A stretch of DNA of 64,000 bases. Source: Pseudonocardia sp. SCN 73-27 (GTDB taxonomy: Bacteria > Actinomycetota > Actinomycetes > Mycobacteriales > Pseudonocardiaceae). The stretch spans positions 2,795 to 66,794 of the forward strand of contig NZ_MEGH01000019.1 in NCBI RefSeq assembly GCF_001725415.1, given 5' to 3'. Shown one piece after another: positions 18,046 through 27,104 of this stretch. A model generated the notes under the pieces. That model was given only the letters and a program-made list of their open reading frames with translations, ran no database searches and was not told the origin of the DNA. The position numbers and the translations under genes are program-made. Positions within the stretch are counted from its first letter, which is position 1; each line of letters begins with the position of its first letter.

Positions 18046-20646
18046 TCAGAGCAGGCCGAGCTCACCCGCCCGGCGGACCGCGGCGCGGCGGGTGTTCACG
18101 TCGAGCTTGGTGAAGATCGCCTTGGTGTGAGTGCGCAGCGTGTTGACGGTGACGAACAGGCTGCGGGCGATCTCGGGCCCCGTGAGGTCGGTGGCGAGCA
18201 GCCGCAGGACGTCGAGCTCGCGGGCGCTCAGCAGGTCCTCGTGCGCGGAGACGCTGCGGCCCAACGGGTTCGGGATGCGGGCGAGCAAGTCGGCCAGCGC
18301 CGGGCCCTCGTCGAGGAACAGCCGGGCGAACCCGGCTGGGACACCGGCGTCGAGAGCGGCGGTGAGCTCGGCGACGGCGTCGTCGACCCGACCGTTCGCC
18401 TGGTGGAGCTGCGCCCGCAGCATCCGCACCTCGACGACGCTGCCGTCGCGCTGCCCGCGACGGGCGTCGTCCTCGATGCGGTCGAGGGCTTCGGCGATCC
18501 CGTGCGTGTCCTGCGTGAGCCGCAGCCGGACGAGCGTCAGGCGGTCGAACTCGGCCAGGTAGGACACCGGCCCGTCCAGCGTGAGCGACGCGAGCGACTC
18601 CGCGGCCTCGTCGAGGCGGCCCGCGGCGATGAGCACTCTGGCCCGCATCGACCGGATCGGCCGGACGTCGGGGAAGAACCCGGGCAGGTGCAACGTCGCG
18701 GCCCGGTCGAGCAGGGCCAGCGCGTCGTCGAGGTCCCCGCGGGCGCGCGCGATCCCGGCCGCCGTCGTGAACCAGCGGTACCGGTTCTCCAGCAGCGACG
18801 CGGCCTCGCCCAGGTCCCGGGCGGCCTGCAGGTGCTCGTCGGCGGCAGTCGGCGCGTCGTGCTCGCGCAGCACGTCGGCGAGGGCGACGTGCAGGTCGCC
18901 GGTCGTCGTCAGCGGGGTGTCGCCGGCCCTCTCGAGCGCCCGTTCCAGGAGCCGCCGCGCCTGGACGGGCCGGCCGCGGGCCTGCCACATCTCGGCGAGG
19001 ACGACGGTCGCGCCCAGCTCGTCGGCGACGTTCCCGGCCGCGGCGAGGCTCGCGACGGCGTCGGTGAAGGTGTCGACGGCCGTCGCCATTTCGCCCTCGG
19101 CCCACGCCGCGAGCCCCAGGAAACCGGCGGCTCCGCCGCGGGCGAGGTGGTCGCGCGGCCCGGCGAGGCCGAGGGCGCGGCGGGCATGGGTGACGGTCCC
19201 GGCGGTGTCACCGCGCGCCTGCGCCACGGACGCCCGATAGATCGCGACGGTCGCAGGCAGCGCACGGAGCTCGTCGTCACGGGCGGTGACCCGCGCCGGG
19301 TCGCCGGGGATCGCCGCGGCCGGGCGTTCCAGAGCGGTCTCCGCGGCGTCGAGCCAGGTGTCGACGCCGTCGAGGTCGCCCACCGACAGCCGTGACCAGG
19401 CCGCGGTGGTCGCAAGCAGCGCTCGGCCGCGGACCTCGTCGGCGGGCAGGTCGTACAGCCAGGCACGCAGCGTCCGGTCCTCGCGGCGCTGCCGCAGCTC
19501 GGGCAGCCCGAGCTCGACGAGATCGGCGGCGAACCCCGTGTCGTCCCCGGTGATCGCGTGGCCGACGGCGTCGGCGAGGTCGCCGTGGGTGGCGTGCCAG
19601 CGGGCAGCGGCCCGGTGCAGTGCCGCGACCCGGCCCGGGGACGCCGCCGTCAGCCTCGCGCGCAACGCCTCGGCGAACAGGTGGTGGTAGCGGTACCAGG
19701 TGCGCCGGCCGTCGAGCGGCACGACGAACACGTTCTCCCGCTCCAGCGTCGCGAGCATCTCCGCGCCGTCGTCGCGGCCTGTCAGCGCGTCGCAGAGCGG
19801 GCCGGTGAGCTGATGCAGCACCGACGTCGCCAGCAGGAAGTCGCGGACGTCGTCGCTGCGCCGACGCAGCACCTCCTCGACGAGGTAGTCGAGGACGAAC
19901 CGGTGGCTGCCGGTGAAGTCGTCGACGAACCGGTCGACGTCGTCCTGGCCGCGCAGCGTGAGCGCCGCGAGCTGGAGCCCGGCGGCCCAGCCCTCGGTCC
20001 GCGCGCCGAGGGCGGCGACGTGCGCGTCGGTGAGGTCGAGACCCATGACGTCGGTGAGGAACTCGGCTGCCTCGGCGGGGGTGAAGCGCAGGTCGGCCGC
20101 GCGCAGCTCGACCAGCTCGTCGCGCACCCGCAGCCGCGGCAACGGCAGCGGGGGATCGGCCCGGGTCGCGACGGCCAGCGTCACCCCGGCCGGCATGCGG
20201 TCGAGCAGGTAGGTGACGCACGCGTGGACCGCCGGGTCGTCGACGACGTGGTAGTCGTCCAGCGCCAGTACCGTCGCGCCGGGCAGCTGGTCGAGGTCGT
20301 CGACCAGCGGCGCCAGGAGCGTCTCGACGGGTGGGAGCCGGTCGCCGGCGAGCTGCGCCGCCGTCGCGACACCGACCTCGGGTGCGACCGTCTGCAACGC
20401 AGCGACGACGTGGGTGACGAAGCGCCGCAGGTCGTTGTCGGCGGCGTCCAGCGACAGCCACGCCGTCCTCGTGGCAGGCGTCGAGGCCAGCCACTGCGCA
20501 AGCGCCGTCGTCTTGCCGAAGCCCGCCGGCGCCGAGACCAGCACCAGCCGCGGGGTGCCGCGCCGCACGTCGTCGAGGATGCGTGGCCGGGCCACGAGGC
20601 GCCTGCGCGGCGCCGGGACCCGGACCTTCGTCCCCGGAACCGGCAT
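18046..20646 (-). CDS. MalT-like STAND ATPase / TPR / LuxR-HTH transcriptional regulator
   Basis: Walker A APAGFGKTT, Walker B LALDDYH, RTEGWAAGLQL, WYRYHHLF and C-terminal LSARELDVL...NTLRTHTKAIFTKL. Confidence 0.94.
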   Translation of the reverse strand: MPVPGTKVRVPAPRRRLVARPRILDDVRRGTPRLVLVSAPAGFGKTTALAQWLASTPATRTAWLSLDAADNDLRRFVTHVVAALQTVAPEVGVATAAQLAGDRLPPVETLLAPLVDDLDQLPGATVLALDDYHVVDDPAVHACVTYLLDRMPAGVTLAVATRADPPLPLPRLRVRDELVELRAADLRFTPAEAAEFLTDVMGLDLTDAHVAALGARTEGWAAGLQLAALTLRGQDDVDRFVDDFTGSHRFVLDYLVEEVLRRRSDDVRDFLLATSVLHQLTGPLCDALTGRDDGAEMLATLERENVFVVPLDGRRTWYRYHHLFAEALRARLTAASPGRVAALHRAAARWHATHGDLADAVGHAITGDDTGFAADLVELGLPELRQRREDRTLRAWLYDLPADEVRGRALLATTAAWSRLSVGDLDGVDTWLDAAETALERPAAAIPGDPARVTARDDELRALPATVAIYRASVAQARGDTAGTVTHARRALGLAGPRDHLARGGAAGFLGLAAWAEGEMATAVDTFTDAVASLAAAGNVADELGATVVLAEMWQARGRPVQARRLLERALERAGDTPLTTTGDLHVALADVLREHDAPTAADEHLQAARDLGEAASLLENRYRWFTTAAGIARARGDLDDALALLDRAATLHLPGFFPDVRPIRSMRARVLIAAGRLDEAAESLASLTLDGPVSYLAEFDRLTLVRLRLTQDTHGIAEALDRIEDDARRGQRDGSVVEVRMLRAQLHQANGRVDDAVAELTAALDAGVPAGFARLFLDEGPALADLLARIPNPLGRSVSAHEDLLSARELDVLRLLATDLTGPEIARSLFVTVNTLRTHTKAIFTKLDVNTRRAAVRRAGELGLL

Positions 20647-20764
20647 CCGGCGAGGATAGCCGCGCAGGCGTGAATCCGATGTGGAGAGATCAGCCCCGGA
20701 CGGTCGATCCGCTGGGGCGCAGGGCGGTCCAGACTGATCGCGACACCGACGTCAGGGGGAGAGC

Positions 20765-21052
20765 GTGGCACCGGTACCCGTGTTCAAGAACGGCACCAAC
20801 GTCCGGCGGGGCGGCAGCACGAAGGGCAGCCCGGACAACATCCTCGGCGCGATCGACGCCGGCGACTACAACGCCATCGGCCAGTGCGCGGGCGAGCAGA
20901 TCACCGAGGGTGAGAACACCAACTTCTGGTGGGTCCTGCTCGACACCCCGGTCGGCCAGGGCTGGGTGAGTGCGGTCCGGATCAATCTGGGCGGCAACGA
21001 CCAGCCCATCCCCGGCGTCCCCACCGGCCCCACCCACTTCAGCTGGGGCTGA
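20765..21052 (+). CDS. Stand-alone 95-aa SH3b-like protein
   Basis: NVRRGGST...N.WWVLLD..GQGWVSAV..GGND.PIPGVP pattern; GGGGGAGAG RBS; no signal peptide. Confidence 0.6.
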   Translation: MAPVPVFKNGTNVRRGGSTKGSPDNILGAIDAGDYNAIGQCAGEQITEGENTNFWWVLLDTPVGQGWVSAVRINLGGNDQPIPGVPTGPTHFSWG

Positions 21053-21074
21053 TCCACTCACGCCCCCGCGGGAT

Positions 21075-21170
21075 TCAGTCGCGCAGCAGCAGGTTCAGTG
21101 CCGCGCGGGTCCCGGCGGCGTCGACCGTGGGGGCGACGTCGGCCATCGCGGTGAAGGCGGTGCGCGCCAG
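21075..21170 (-). pseudogene. Coding-like 31-codon 3' remnant of an unidentified gene
   Basis: LARTAFTAMADVAPTVDAAGTRAALNLLLRD* with almost all G/C third positions; no start or RBS. Confidence 0.35.
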
Positions 21171-21171
21171 G

Positions 21172-21756
21172 TCAGGCCGTCGCGGGGACCGGCGTGCGGC
21201 CCGTGAGCATCAGCAGCAGCTCGGAGATCGAGGCCTCCAGGGTGCGGCCGGACCCGCGGCGGAAATCGACGTCCGTCGCAACGATCTCGAGGCCGCGCAC
21301 CCGGTCGCGCGCGTGGAACGGGAAGCCGCGCGACCACACGAGCGCCGCGGCTGCCGCGGCGGCGTCGACCGGCATCGGGTGCGCGATGCCCAGAGGGCGG
21401 GCGATGTCCTGGGTGTGGACGAGCACGTCGTTGAGCGGGTCGACCGGTGAGGTTCCGGGCGGGCGGCGGCGCTGCCCGACGAGGCCGCGGACCTCGGCGA
21501 CCAGCTGTGCGGTGGACCGGCGGGCGGCGTGGGCCCGAGCGGTCCGGTCGATCATCGTGTCGAACCGGAAGCCGGCCCTGACCAGCTCGATCACCGCAGT
21601 GTGCGCCGGCCCGGTGCTCAGGGCGACGTGCGCGGCGACCTCACGCACCCGCCAGCCCGCGCACAGCGACGGCTGCTCCCACTGCGTCTCGTCGAGCCCG
21701 GCGAGCAGGTCGGCGAGCTCGGTCCGGGCGGCGTCCACGGCGTCGGCGACGTCCAC
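21172..21756 (-). CDS. Mycothiol-dependent maleylpyruvate isomerase N-terminal (MDMPI/DinB-superfamily) protein
   Basis: WEQPSLCAGWRVREVAAHV, DVLVHTQDIARPLG and ELLLMLTGR; GGAGG RBS before GTG. Confidence 0.88.
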   Translation of the reverse strand: MDVADAVDAARTELADLLAGLDETQWEQPSLCAGWRVREVAAHVALSTGPAHTAVIELVRAGFRFDTMIDRTARAHAARRSTAQLVAEVRGLVGQRRRPPGTSPVDPLNDVLVHTQDIARPLGIAHPMPVDAAAAAAALVWSRGFPFHARDRVRGLEIVATDVDFRRGSGRTLEASISELLLMLTGRTPVPATA

Positions 21757-21772
21757 GTCGACCTCCAAGGTC

Positions 21773-21817
21773 GTCAGATTCTCTGACCAAATTGTAGTCA
21801 GAGCATCTGACTACAAT
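21773..21817. promoter_or_regulatory. MarR operator pair with back-to-back TACAAT -10 elements
   Basis: Perfect 12-bp IR ATTGTAGTCAGA-GCA-TCTGACTACAAT (21791-21817) plus GTCAGA-TTC-TCTGAC (21773-21787). Confidence 0.8.
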
Positions 21818-21823
21818 CAAGGT

Positions 21824-22258
21824 GTGAATGTCGGAACGCTGCTGTTCATCCCCTACCGGGCGATGGAGTCCGAGGTCATGGCCGCCCTCGCCGCCGCGGG
21901 CCACGGCGAGCTCACCCTCGCCCAGGCCCGCGTCTTCCAGCGCATCGCGCCCGGAGGCAGCCGCCCCACCGACCTCGCCGACCAGGCGCAGGTCACCAAG
22001 CAGACCGTCGGCGTGCTCGTCGACCAGCTCCAGCGCGCCGGCTACGTCCGCCGCGTCCCCGACCCCACCGACGGCCGCGCCCGGCTCGTCGTGTTCACCG
22101 AGCTCGGGCTGGAGGCGTGCGTCGTCGCCAACAGCCGCGTCGAGGAGATCGAGGCCCTCTGGGCCGAGCGCCTCGGCCCCGAGCGCATGACCGCGCTGCG
22201 CGATGCGCTCACCGAGCTGCGCACGCTCACCGACCCGTACCTCGACGACCCCGGCTGA
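21824..22258 (+). CDS. MarR-family regulator (probably leaderless)
   Basis: GSRPTDLADQAQVTKQTVGVLVDQLQRAGYVRRVPDPTDGRARLV; GTG 6 nt after TACAAT. Confidence 0.92.
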   Translation: MNVGTLLFIPYRAMESEVMAALAAAGHGELTLAQARVFQRIAPGGSRPTDLADQAQVTKQTVGVLVDQLQRAGYVRRVPDPTDGRARLVVFTELGLEACVVANSRVEEIEALWAERLGPERMTALRDALTELRTLTDPYLDDPG

Positions 22259-22280
22259 CCCGGATGGCACGATCCCGGGC

Positions 22281-22733
22281 ATGGCGCGGTTGCTGATCGT
22301 CCACCATACGCCGTCGCCCGCGACCGCGGAGCTGCTCGACGCCGTGGTCCGCGGCGCGAACGACCCGGAGATCACCGGCGTCGAGGTCGTGCGCCGGGCG
22401 GCGTTGGGCGCCACCGCCTCCGACCTGCTCGCCGCCGACGGCGTCGTCCTCGGCACCCCCGCGAACATCGGCTACATGTCGGGCGCGCTCAAGCACTTCT
22501 TCGACACCGTCTACTACGTCGCAGCCGACGACACCCGCGGCCTCCCGTACGGCCTGTACGTGCACGGCAACCTGGGCGTCGAGGGGGCGGTCGCGGCCGT
22601 CGACGCCGTCACCGGCGGCCTGGGCTGGACGCAGGCCGCGGCGACCGTCGAGGTCGTCGGCGCACCGGACAGGGCCGCCCTGGAGCGCTGCTACGAGCTG
22701 GGCGCCACCGTCGCCGCGACGATCGCCGGGTGA
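22281..22733 (+). CDS. Flavodoxin-like / WrbA-type protein
   Basis: LIVHHTPS, ADGVVLGTPANIGYMSGALKHFFD. Confidence 0.85.
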   Translation: MARLLIVHHTPSPATAELLDAVVRGANDPEITGVEVVRRAALGATASDLLAADGVVLGTPANIGYMSGALKHFFDTVYYVAADDTRGLPYGLYVHGNLGVEGAVAAVDAVTGGLGWTQAAATVEVVGAPDRAALERCYELGATVAATIAG

Positions 22734-22736
22734 GCC

Positions 22737-24008
22737 TCAGCGGGTCGTCGGCACCGCCGCCGGGTTCCCGGGCGTCTGGATGTTGGGGTAGAACACCGGC
22801 AGGATCGCCTTGAGCAGCGTCAACGCCGATCCCTCGCCCGACGGCACCGTCGCCAGGTTCGTCGCGATCGTGATCACGAGACCTGTCTTCGGGTCCTGAC
22901 CGGTGAACGTCATGAAGCCGGGGATCTGGCCGTCGTGCCCGACGAGCGGCCCCAGCTTGGCGATGCCGATGCCGTAGCCCGCGGCATCGGGATGGGCCGG
23001 GTCGGTCGGCCGGATGCTGTCCATCCGGATCTTCTGCGTCTTCGCGTCGAGCAGGCCCTGGCCGCTGACGAGCGCCCTCACGTACGTCGACAGGTCGGGC
23101 ACCGTGGAGATCGCGCCACCCGCGGCCCAGGCCCACGACGGGTTGGCGTCCGTGACGTCGTTGGGCTTCAGGGTGCCTGCGAGCGCCTGGGTCTGCTGGG
23201 CGGCCGGGAGCGCGTACGTCTCGATCTGAGAGACGTTGGTGCCGAACGAGTAGCCCTGCGGGTGCGGGTCGGGGATCTCGGCATCGGTCCGCACCGGCAG
23301 CCTCGTCTGCGTCAGCCCGAGCGGCTTGACGATGCGCTCGTCGAACGCCCGCTCCAGCGGCTGGCCCGTCAGCTGCTCGATGACCACCCCGAGCAGCGCG
23401 ATGTTGGTGTTGGAGTACTCGAACGTCGTGTCGGGCGGCGCGTTGACCGGGTGCGAGAATGCGATCCTCAGCAGTTCGTCGGGCGTCCACGCCTTTTCGG
23501 GGTCGTTGTCGAGCGTGGCGTTGAAGGCCGGGTCGAACGTGTAGCTGTAGAGCCCGCTGCGCATCTCGGCCAGGTCGGCGATCGTGATCGTGTCGCCGTT
23601 CGGGACACCCTGGCGGTACTTCGAGATCGGGTCGTCGAGGGAGAGCCTGCCCTCCTGCACCAGCTGCAGGATGACCGTCGACGTCATCGTCTTCGTGATG
23701 CTGCCGATGCGGACGTGGTCGTCCATGGCCATCGGGTCCTCGCGGCCGATGGTGCCGGTGCCGAAGGTGCCCGACCAGTCGCCCTGCGTCGGCGAGGAGA
23801 TCTTCACGATCGCGCCCGGGATGACGTTGGCCCTCATCGCAGCCGTGATCCGGTCCTTGACCGCGGCGGAGTACCCGGCCGGCTGCGGCAACGTGGGGAC
23901 GGCCGTGTTCGGGGGCAGCGTCGAGGGGCCTTCGCCTGCGGCGGTGCACGCCGTCAGCGCGGCGAACGCGCAGGCCACGACCAGCGCGGCGGTCTTCGTC
24001 GGACGCAT
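22737..24008 (-). CDS. Serine hydrolase (beta-lactamase/D-Ala-D-Ala carboxypeptidase family) lipoprotein
   Basis: Lipobox LTAC, SxxK (GSITKT), YxN (YSNTN) and GHDG. Confidence 0.9.
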   Translation of the reverse strand: MRPTKTAALVVACAFAALTACTAAGEGPSTLPPNTAVPTLPQPAGYSAAVKDRITAAMRANVIPGAIVKISSPTQGDWSGTFGTGTIGREDPMAMDDHVRIGSITKTMTSTVILQLVQEGRLSLDDPISKYRQGVPNGDTITIADLAEMRSGLYSYTFDPAFNATLDNDPEKAWTPDELLRIAFSHPVNAPPDTTFEYSNTNIALLGVVIEQLTGQPLERAFDERIVKPLGLTQTRLPVRTDAEIPDPHPQGYSFGTNVSQIETYALPAAQQTQALAGTLKPNDVTDANPSWAWAAGGAISTVPDLSTYVRALVSGQGLLDAKTQKIRMDSIRPTDPAHPDAAGYGIGIAKLGPLVGHDGQIPGFMTFTGQDPKTGLVITIATNLATVPSGEGSALTLLKAILPVFYPNIQTPGNPAAVPTTR

Positions 24009-24184
24009 GGGCGTCTCCAGGCTCGGTCGGGTCCGCAAGGAGGTCGGACCGCGGGCGGCCGAGCACGGACGATCACGTTCCGGACAGTGTGGACAGAGTT
24101 TCGGCCCGACCGTCCACACGGGTAGCCGCCACTCGGGTGGCGTCGGCGACCCACCGGTCACGGAGAGTCTGTCAGGGTGGCGGG

Positions 24185-24946
24185 GTGACGACCGAGCACC
24201 GTGTGACGACCGAACGCCGCGGGCACGTCCTGCTGATCCGGATGGAGCGGCCCGCGAAGCGCAACGCCGTCGACGCCGCGATGACCGCCGCCCTGTCCGC
24301 GGCACTCGACGATCTCGAGGACGATCCCGACCTGTGGTGCGGCGTGCTCTCCGGTGGGCCCGGAATGTTCTGCGCCGGAACGGACCTGGCGGCCGGCGCC
24401 GGGGGGCCGACGCCCCGCGGCGGCAACTACGGCGTCGTCCGGCGGGTCCGGTCCACACCGCTGGTCGCCGCCGTCGAGGGCGCGGCCTACGGCGGCGGCT
24501 TCGAGATCGTGCTGGCCTGCGACGTGGTCGTCGCCGGCCGGTCTGCCCGGTTCGCGCTGCCCGAGGTGGCGCGCGGGCTCGTCGCCAACTGCGGTGCGCT
24601 GTTCCGCACGCACCGGCCGCTGCCGCTCACCGTCGCCAAACAGATGCTGCTGACGGGGCAGCCGCTGCCCGCGCAGCGCGCCCACGACCTCGGCCTGGTC
24701 TCCGAACTCGTCGACGACGGCGAGGCCGAGGCGGCGGCGCTCGCCCTGGCCCAGCAGGTGTGCGCCAACTCGCCCGTCGCGGTCCGCGCGACGCTGCGCG
24801 CTGTCGACGCCGTGGTGGGCGAAGCCGACGAGAAGGGTTGGCGTGCAACGGCCGTCGCCGGCGTCGTCATCGACGGGTCGGAGGACAAGGCCGAGGGCAT
24901 CGCGGCCTTCCTGGAGAAGCGCGGGCCCCGCTGGACGGGTCGCTGA
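24185..24946 (+). CDS. Enoyl-CoA hydratase/crotonase family protein
   Basis: FCAGTDL, AYGGGFEIVLACD, FALPEVARGL and EGIAAFLEKR. Confidence 0.93.
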   Translation: MTTEHRVTTERRGHVLLIRMERPAKRNAVDAAMTAALSAALDDLEDDPDLWCGVLSGGPGMFCAGTDLAAGAGGPTPRGGNYGVVRRVRSTPLVAAVEGAAYGGGFEIVLACDVVVAGRSARFALPEVARGLVANCGALFRTHRPLPLTVAKQMLLTGQPLPAQRAHDLGLVSELVDDGEAEAAALALAQQVCANSPVAVRATLRAVDAVVGEADEKGWRATAVAGVVIDGSEDKAEGIAAFLEKRGPRWTGR

Positions 24947-24967
24947 CCCCGGATCGCCGGCCCGGGG

Positions 24968-25294
24968 TCAGGGCCGGACGCGGACCACGACCTCTGACGA
25001 CGTCAGCCGCTCGACGCCGACCGTGAAGCCCGCGGCCCGGGTCTCCGCACCCACCGGGACGCGCACCCGCTGCCCGGCGACCTCGATGTCGGCGACGTCG
25101 TTCTGCACCCCGACGAGCTTCGCCTCGATCCCCAGCACCGACACGGCGGCCTCGCCGCTGCGCGGGAAGGCGATGGTGCAGCCGTCCAGGCCGCAGTCGG
25201 TGGTCGACGAGCCGCTGCACCCCGCGAGGACCAGCGCGAGCGCGACGATCGGCAGGGCCAGGAGTGCGCGCCGGGCGGGCGCAGCCGGGTTCAC
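24968..25294 (-). CDS. Small lipoprotein of unknown function
   Basis: Signal peptide and lipobox LAGC, then CGLDGC and a beta-rich domain. Confidence 0.65.
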   Translation of the reverse strand: MNPAAPARRALLALPIVALALVLAGCSGSSTTDCGLDGCTIAFPRSGEAAVSVLGIEAKLVGVQNDVADIEVAGQRVRVPVGAETRAAGFTVGVERLTSSEVVVRVRP

Positions 25295-25480
25295 GCCGCA
25301 AGCGTATGAGGCATTCGTCCGGATCGGTCGACCGGTGGCCGCCGTCGCCTCACACGGAGCCCACCCCAGCCGCACGTTGGACGCCTGGCGGGGGCCGTTC
25401 GGCCGCACCGAGCACGGCTTTTTGCCGTCGGTTAACCGAACGACCGGAAGACTGAGCGCCATGACGACGAGGGCCCGCGG

Positions 25481-27013
25481 ATGACGTCCCCGACACCGAC
25501 GCCGCGGCGACAGGTCGACGACACCCAGCCGATCCCCGCCGTCCCGCCGGCAGCAGTCCCTCCTGCGCAGGGCCCCGATGCCACGCAGGCGATCGCGCCG
25601 CCGCAGGCCACCCAGGCCATGCCCGCCCCGGGCACCCCGCCTCCCGGCTCGACGCAGACCACACAGATCGCCGCCTCCCCGCCGCCGCGCCGCCCGCGCC
25701 GGCTCGTGCCCGGCGCGATCGCGCTCGTCGTCGTCCTCGTCGCGGGCATCCTGTGGTGGGTGCTCACACCGTCGTCGTCCCCGCAGCCCCCCGGCAGCTC
25801 GCCCGTCGCGGTGCCCTCCGGCGTCGGCCCCGCGCCCGCGGGCACCGGCAAGACCCTCGACGTCGCCGCCGACGGGTCCAAGCAGTTCCGCACCATCGCC
25901 GCCGCCGCTGCGCAGGCCGAGCCCGGCGACACCGTGCTGATTCAGCCCGGCTCCTACGCGGGCTTCCGCGTCCCCACCAGCGGCACCGACGGCCAGTGGA
26001 TCACCTACGAGGCCGCGCCGGGCGGTGCCGTCCAGGTCAACGACGGCGACGGCAGCGACAAGGGCCGTATCGACCTGTCCGACCGCTCCTTCATCCGCAT
26101 CGCGGGCCTGTCGGTGCAGAAGGCCAACCGCTTCGGCATCTACGCCGAGGACACCTCGAACATCGTGCTCGACAAGGTCGAGGTGGCCGACTCCCGCCAC
26201 GGCGGCGTCGTCTTCCTCAACGGCTCGAAGATCACTGTCCAGTACGCGAACGTCCACGGCAACAACTCCCTCGGCACCGACGCCGAGATGGAGGCCATCA
26301 GCATGGACAACGTCGACGGCTTCGAGATCGTCGGCTGCACGGTGACGGGCAACGGCGAGGAGGGCATCGACGCGAAGTACGAGGCCCGCAACGGCCGCAT
26401 CCACGGCAACACCGCCACCGACAACCGCGGCCCCAACATCTACATCGACTCCGCGCACGACATCGTGGTGTCCGACAACAAGGTCTCCGGCGCCAGCGGC
26501 CCCGGCAAGACCGGGATCATGCTCGGCGTCGAGGACTACTCCGACACCCGGCGCCTGGCCGACATCGACATCGTCAACAACGTCGTGACCGGCAACAACG
26601 GCGGCGGCATCGGATTCTTCACCGAGTCCGACGGAACCTTCTCCGACGTGCGGATCCTCAACAACACGATCGTCGGCAACGAGACCGCCGGCCTGGTCGT
26701 TGGCAACACCAAGCTCAGCGGCACGAACATCCTGCGCAACAACCTGTTCGCGGGCAACGAGCAGGACGTCAAGGGCCGCTCCGACACGGCGTTCACCGCC
26801 GACCACAACCTGTTCGCCGCCCAGGGCATCGGCACCGACAACGTGACCGGCGTGCCCGACTTCGTCGACCAGCAGGCCGGCGACCTCCACCTCAAGCCGG
26901 GGACGCCGGGAACCGCGGCGGGCTCGCCGGAGGGCGCTCCGCCTGCCGACATCGCGGGCGCCGCGCGGCCGACGGAGAAGCCCGACATCGGGGCGTACCA
27001 GACCGTCGAGTGA
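25481..27013 (+). CDS. Membrane-anchored right-handed parallel beta-helix protein (pectate-lyase-like fold)
   Basis: Pro/Gln-rich N-terminus, one TM (AIALVVVLVAGILWWVL), Asn/Gly/Ile beta-helix repeats and C-terminal FVD..GDLHL...DIGAYQ. Confidence 0.85.
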   Translation: MTSPTPTPRRQVDDTQPIPAVPPAAVPPAQGPDATQAIAPPQATQAMPAPGTPPPGSTQTTQIAASPPPRRPRRLVPGAIALVVVLVAGILWWVLTPSSSPQPPGSSPVAVPSGVGPAPAGTGKTLDVAADGSKQFRTIAAAAAQAEPGDTVLIQPGSYAGFRVPTSGTDGQWITYEAAPGGAVQVNDGDGSDKGRIDLSDRSFIRIAGLSVQKANRFGIYAEDTSNIVLDKVEVADSRHGGVVFLNGSKITVQYANVHGNNSLGTDAEMEAISMDNVDGFEIVGCTVTGNGEEGIDAKYEARNGRIHGNTATDNRGPNIYIDSAHDIVVSDNKVSGASGPGKTGIMLGVEDYSDTRRLADIDIVNNVVTGNNGGGIGFFTESDGTFSDVRILNNTIVGNETAGLVVGNTKLSGTNILRNNLFAGNEQDVKGRSDTAFTADHNLFAAQGIGTDNVTGVPDFVDQQAGDLHLKPGTPGTAAGSPEGAPPADIAGAARPTEKPDIGAYQTVE

Positions 27014-27104
27014 CGTCGGCCCGACTCTGCACCCCTGCGCAAGCCACGCGCCGCACTCCGTCGCAGGATGGTCCCAAGGACCGGAGATCGACGGAGGAGC
27101 GCGC

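Noticed and set aside
22737-24008. Serine hydrolase as a bona fide beta-lactamase resistance gene
   Set aside because: The SxxK and YxN motifs are shared by many carboxypeptidases and esterases, and activity cannot be inferred from sequence.
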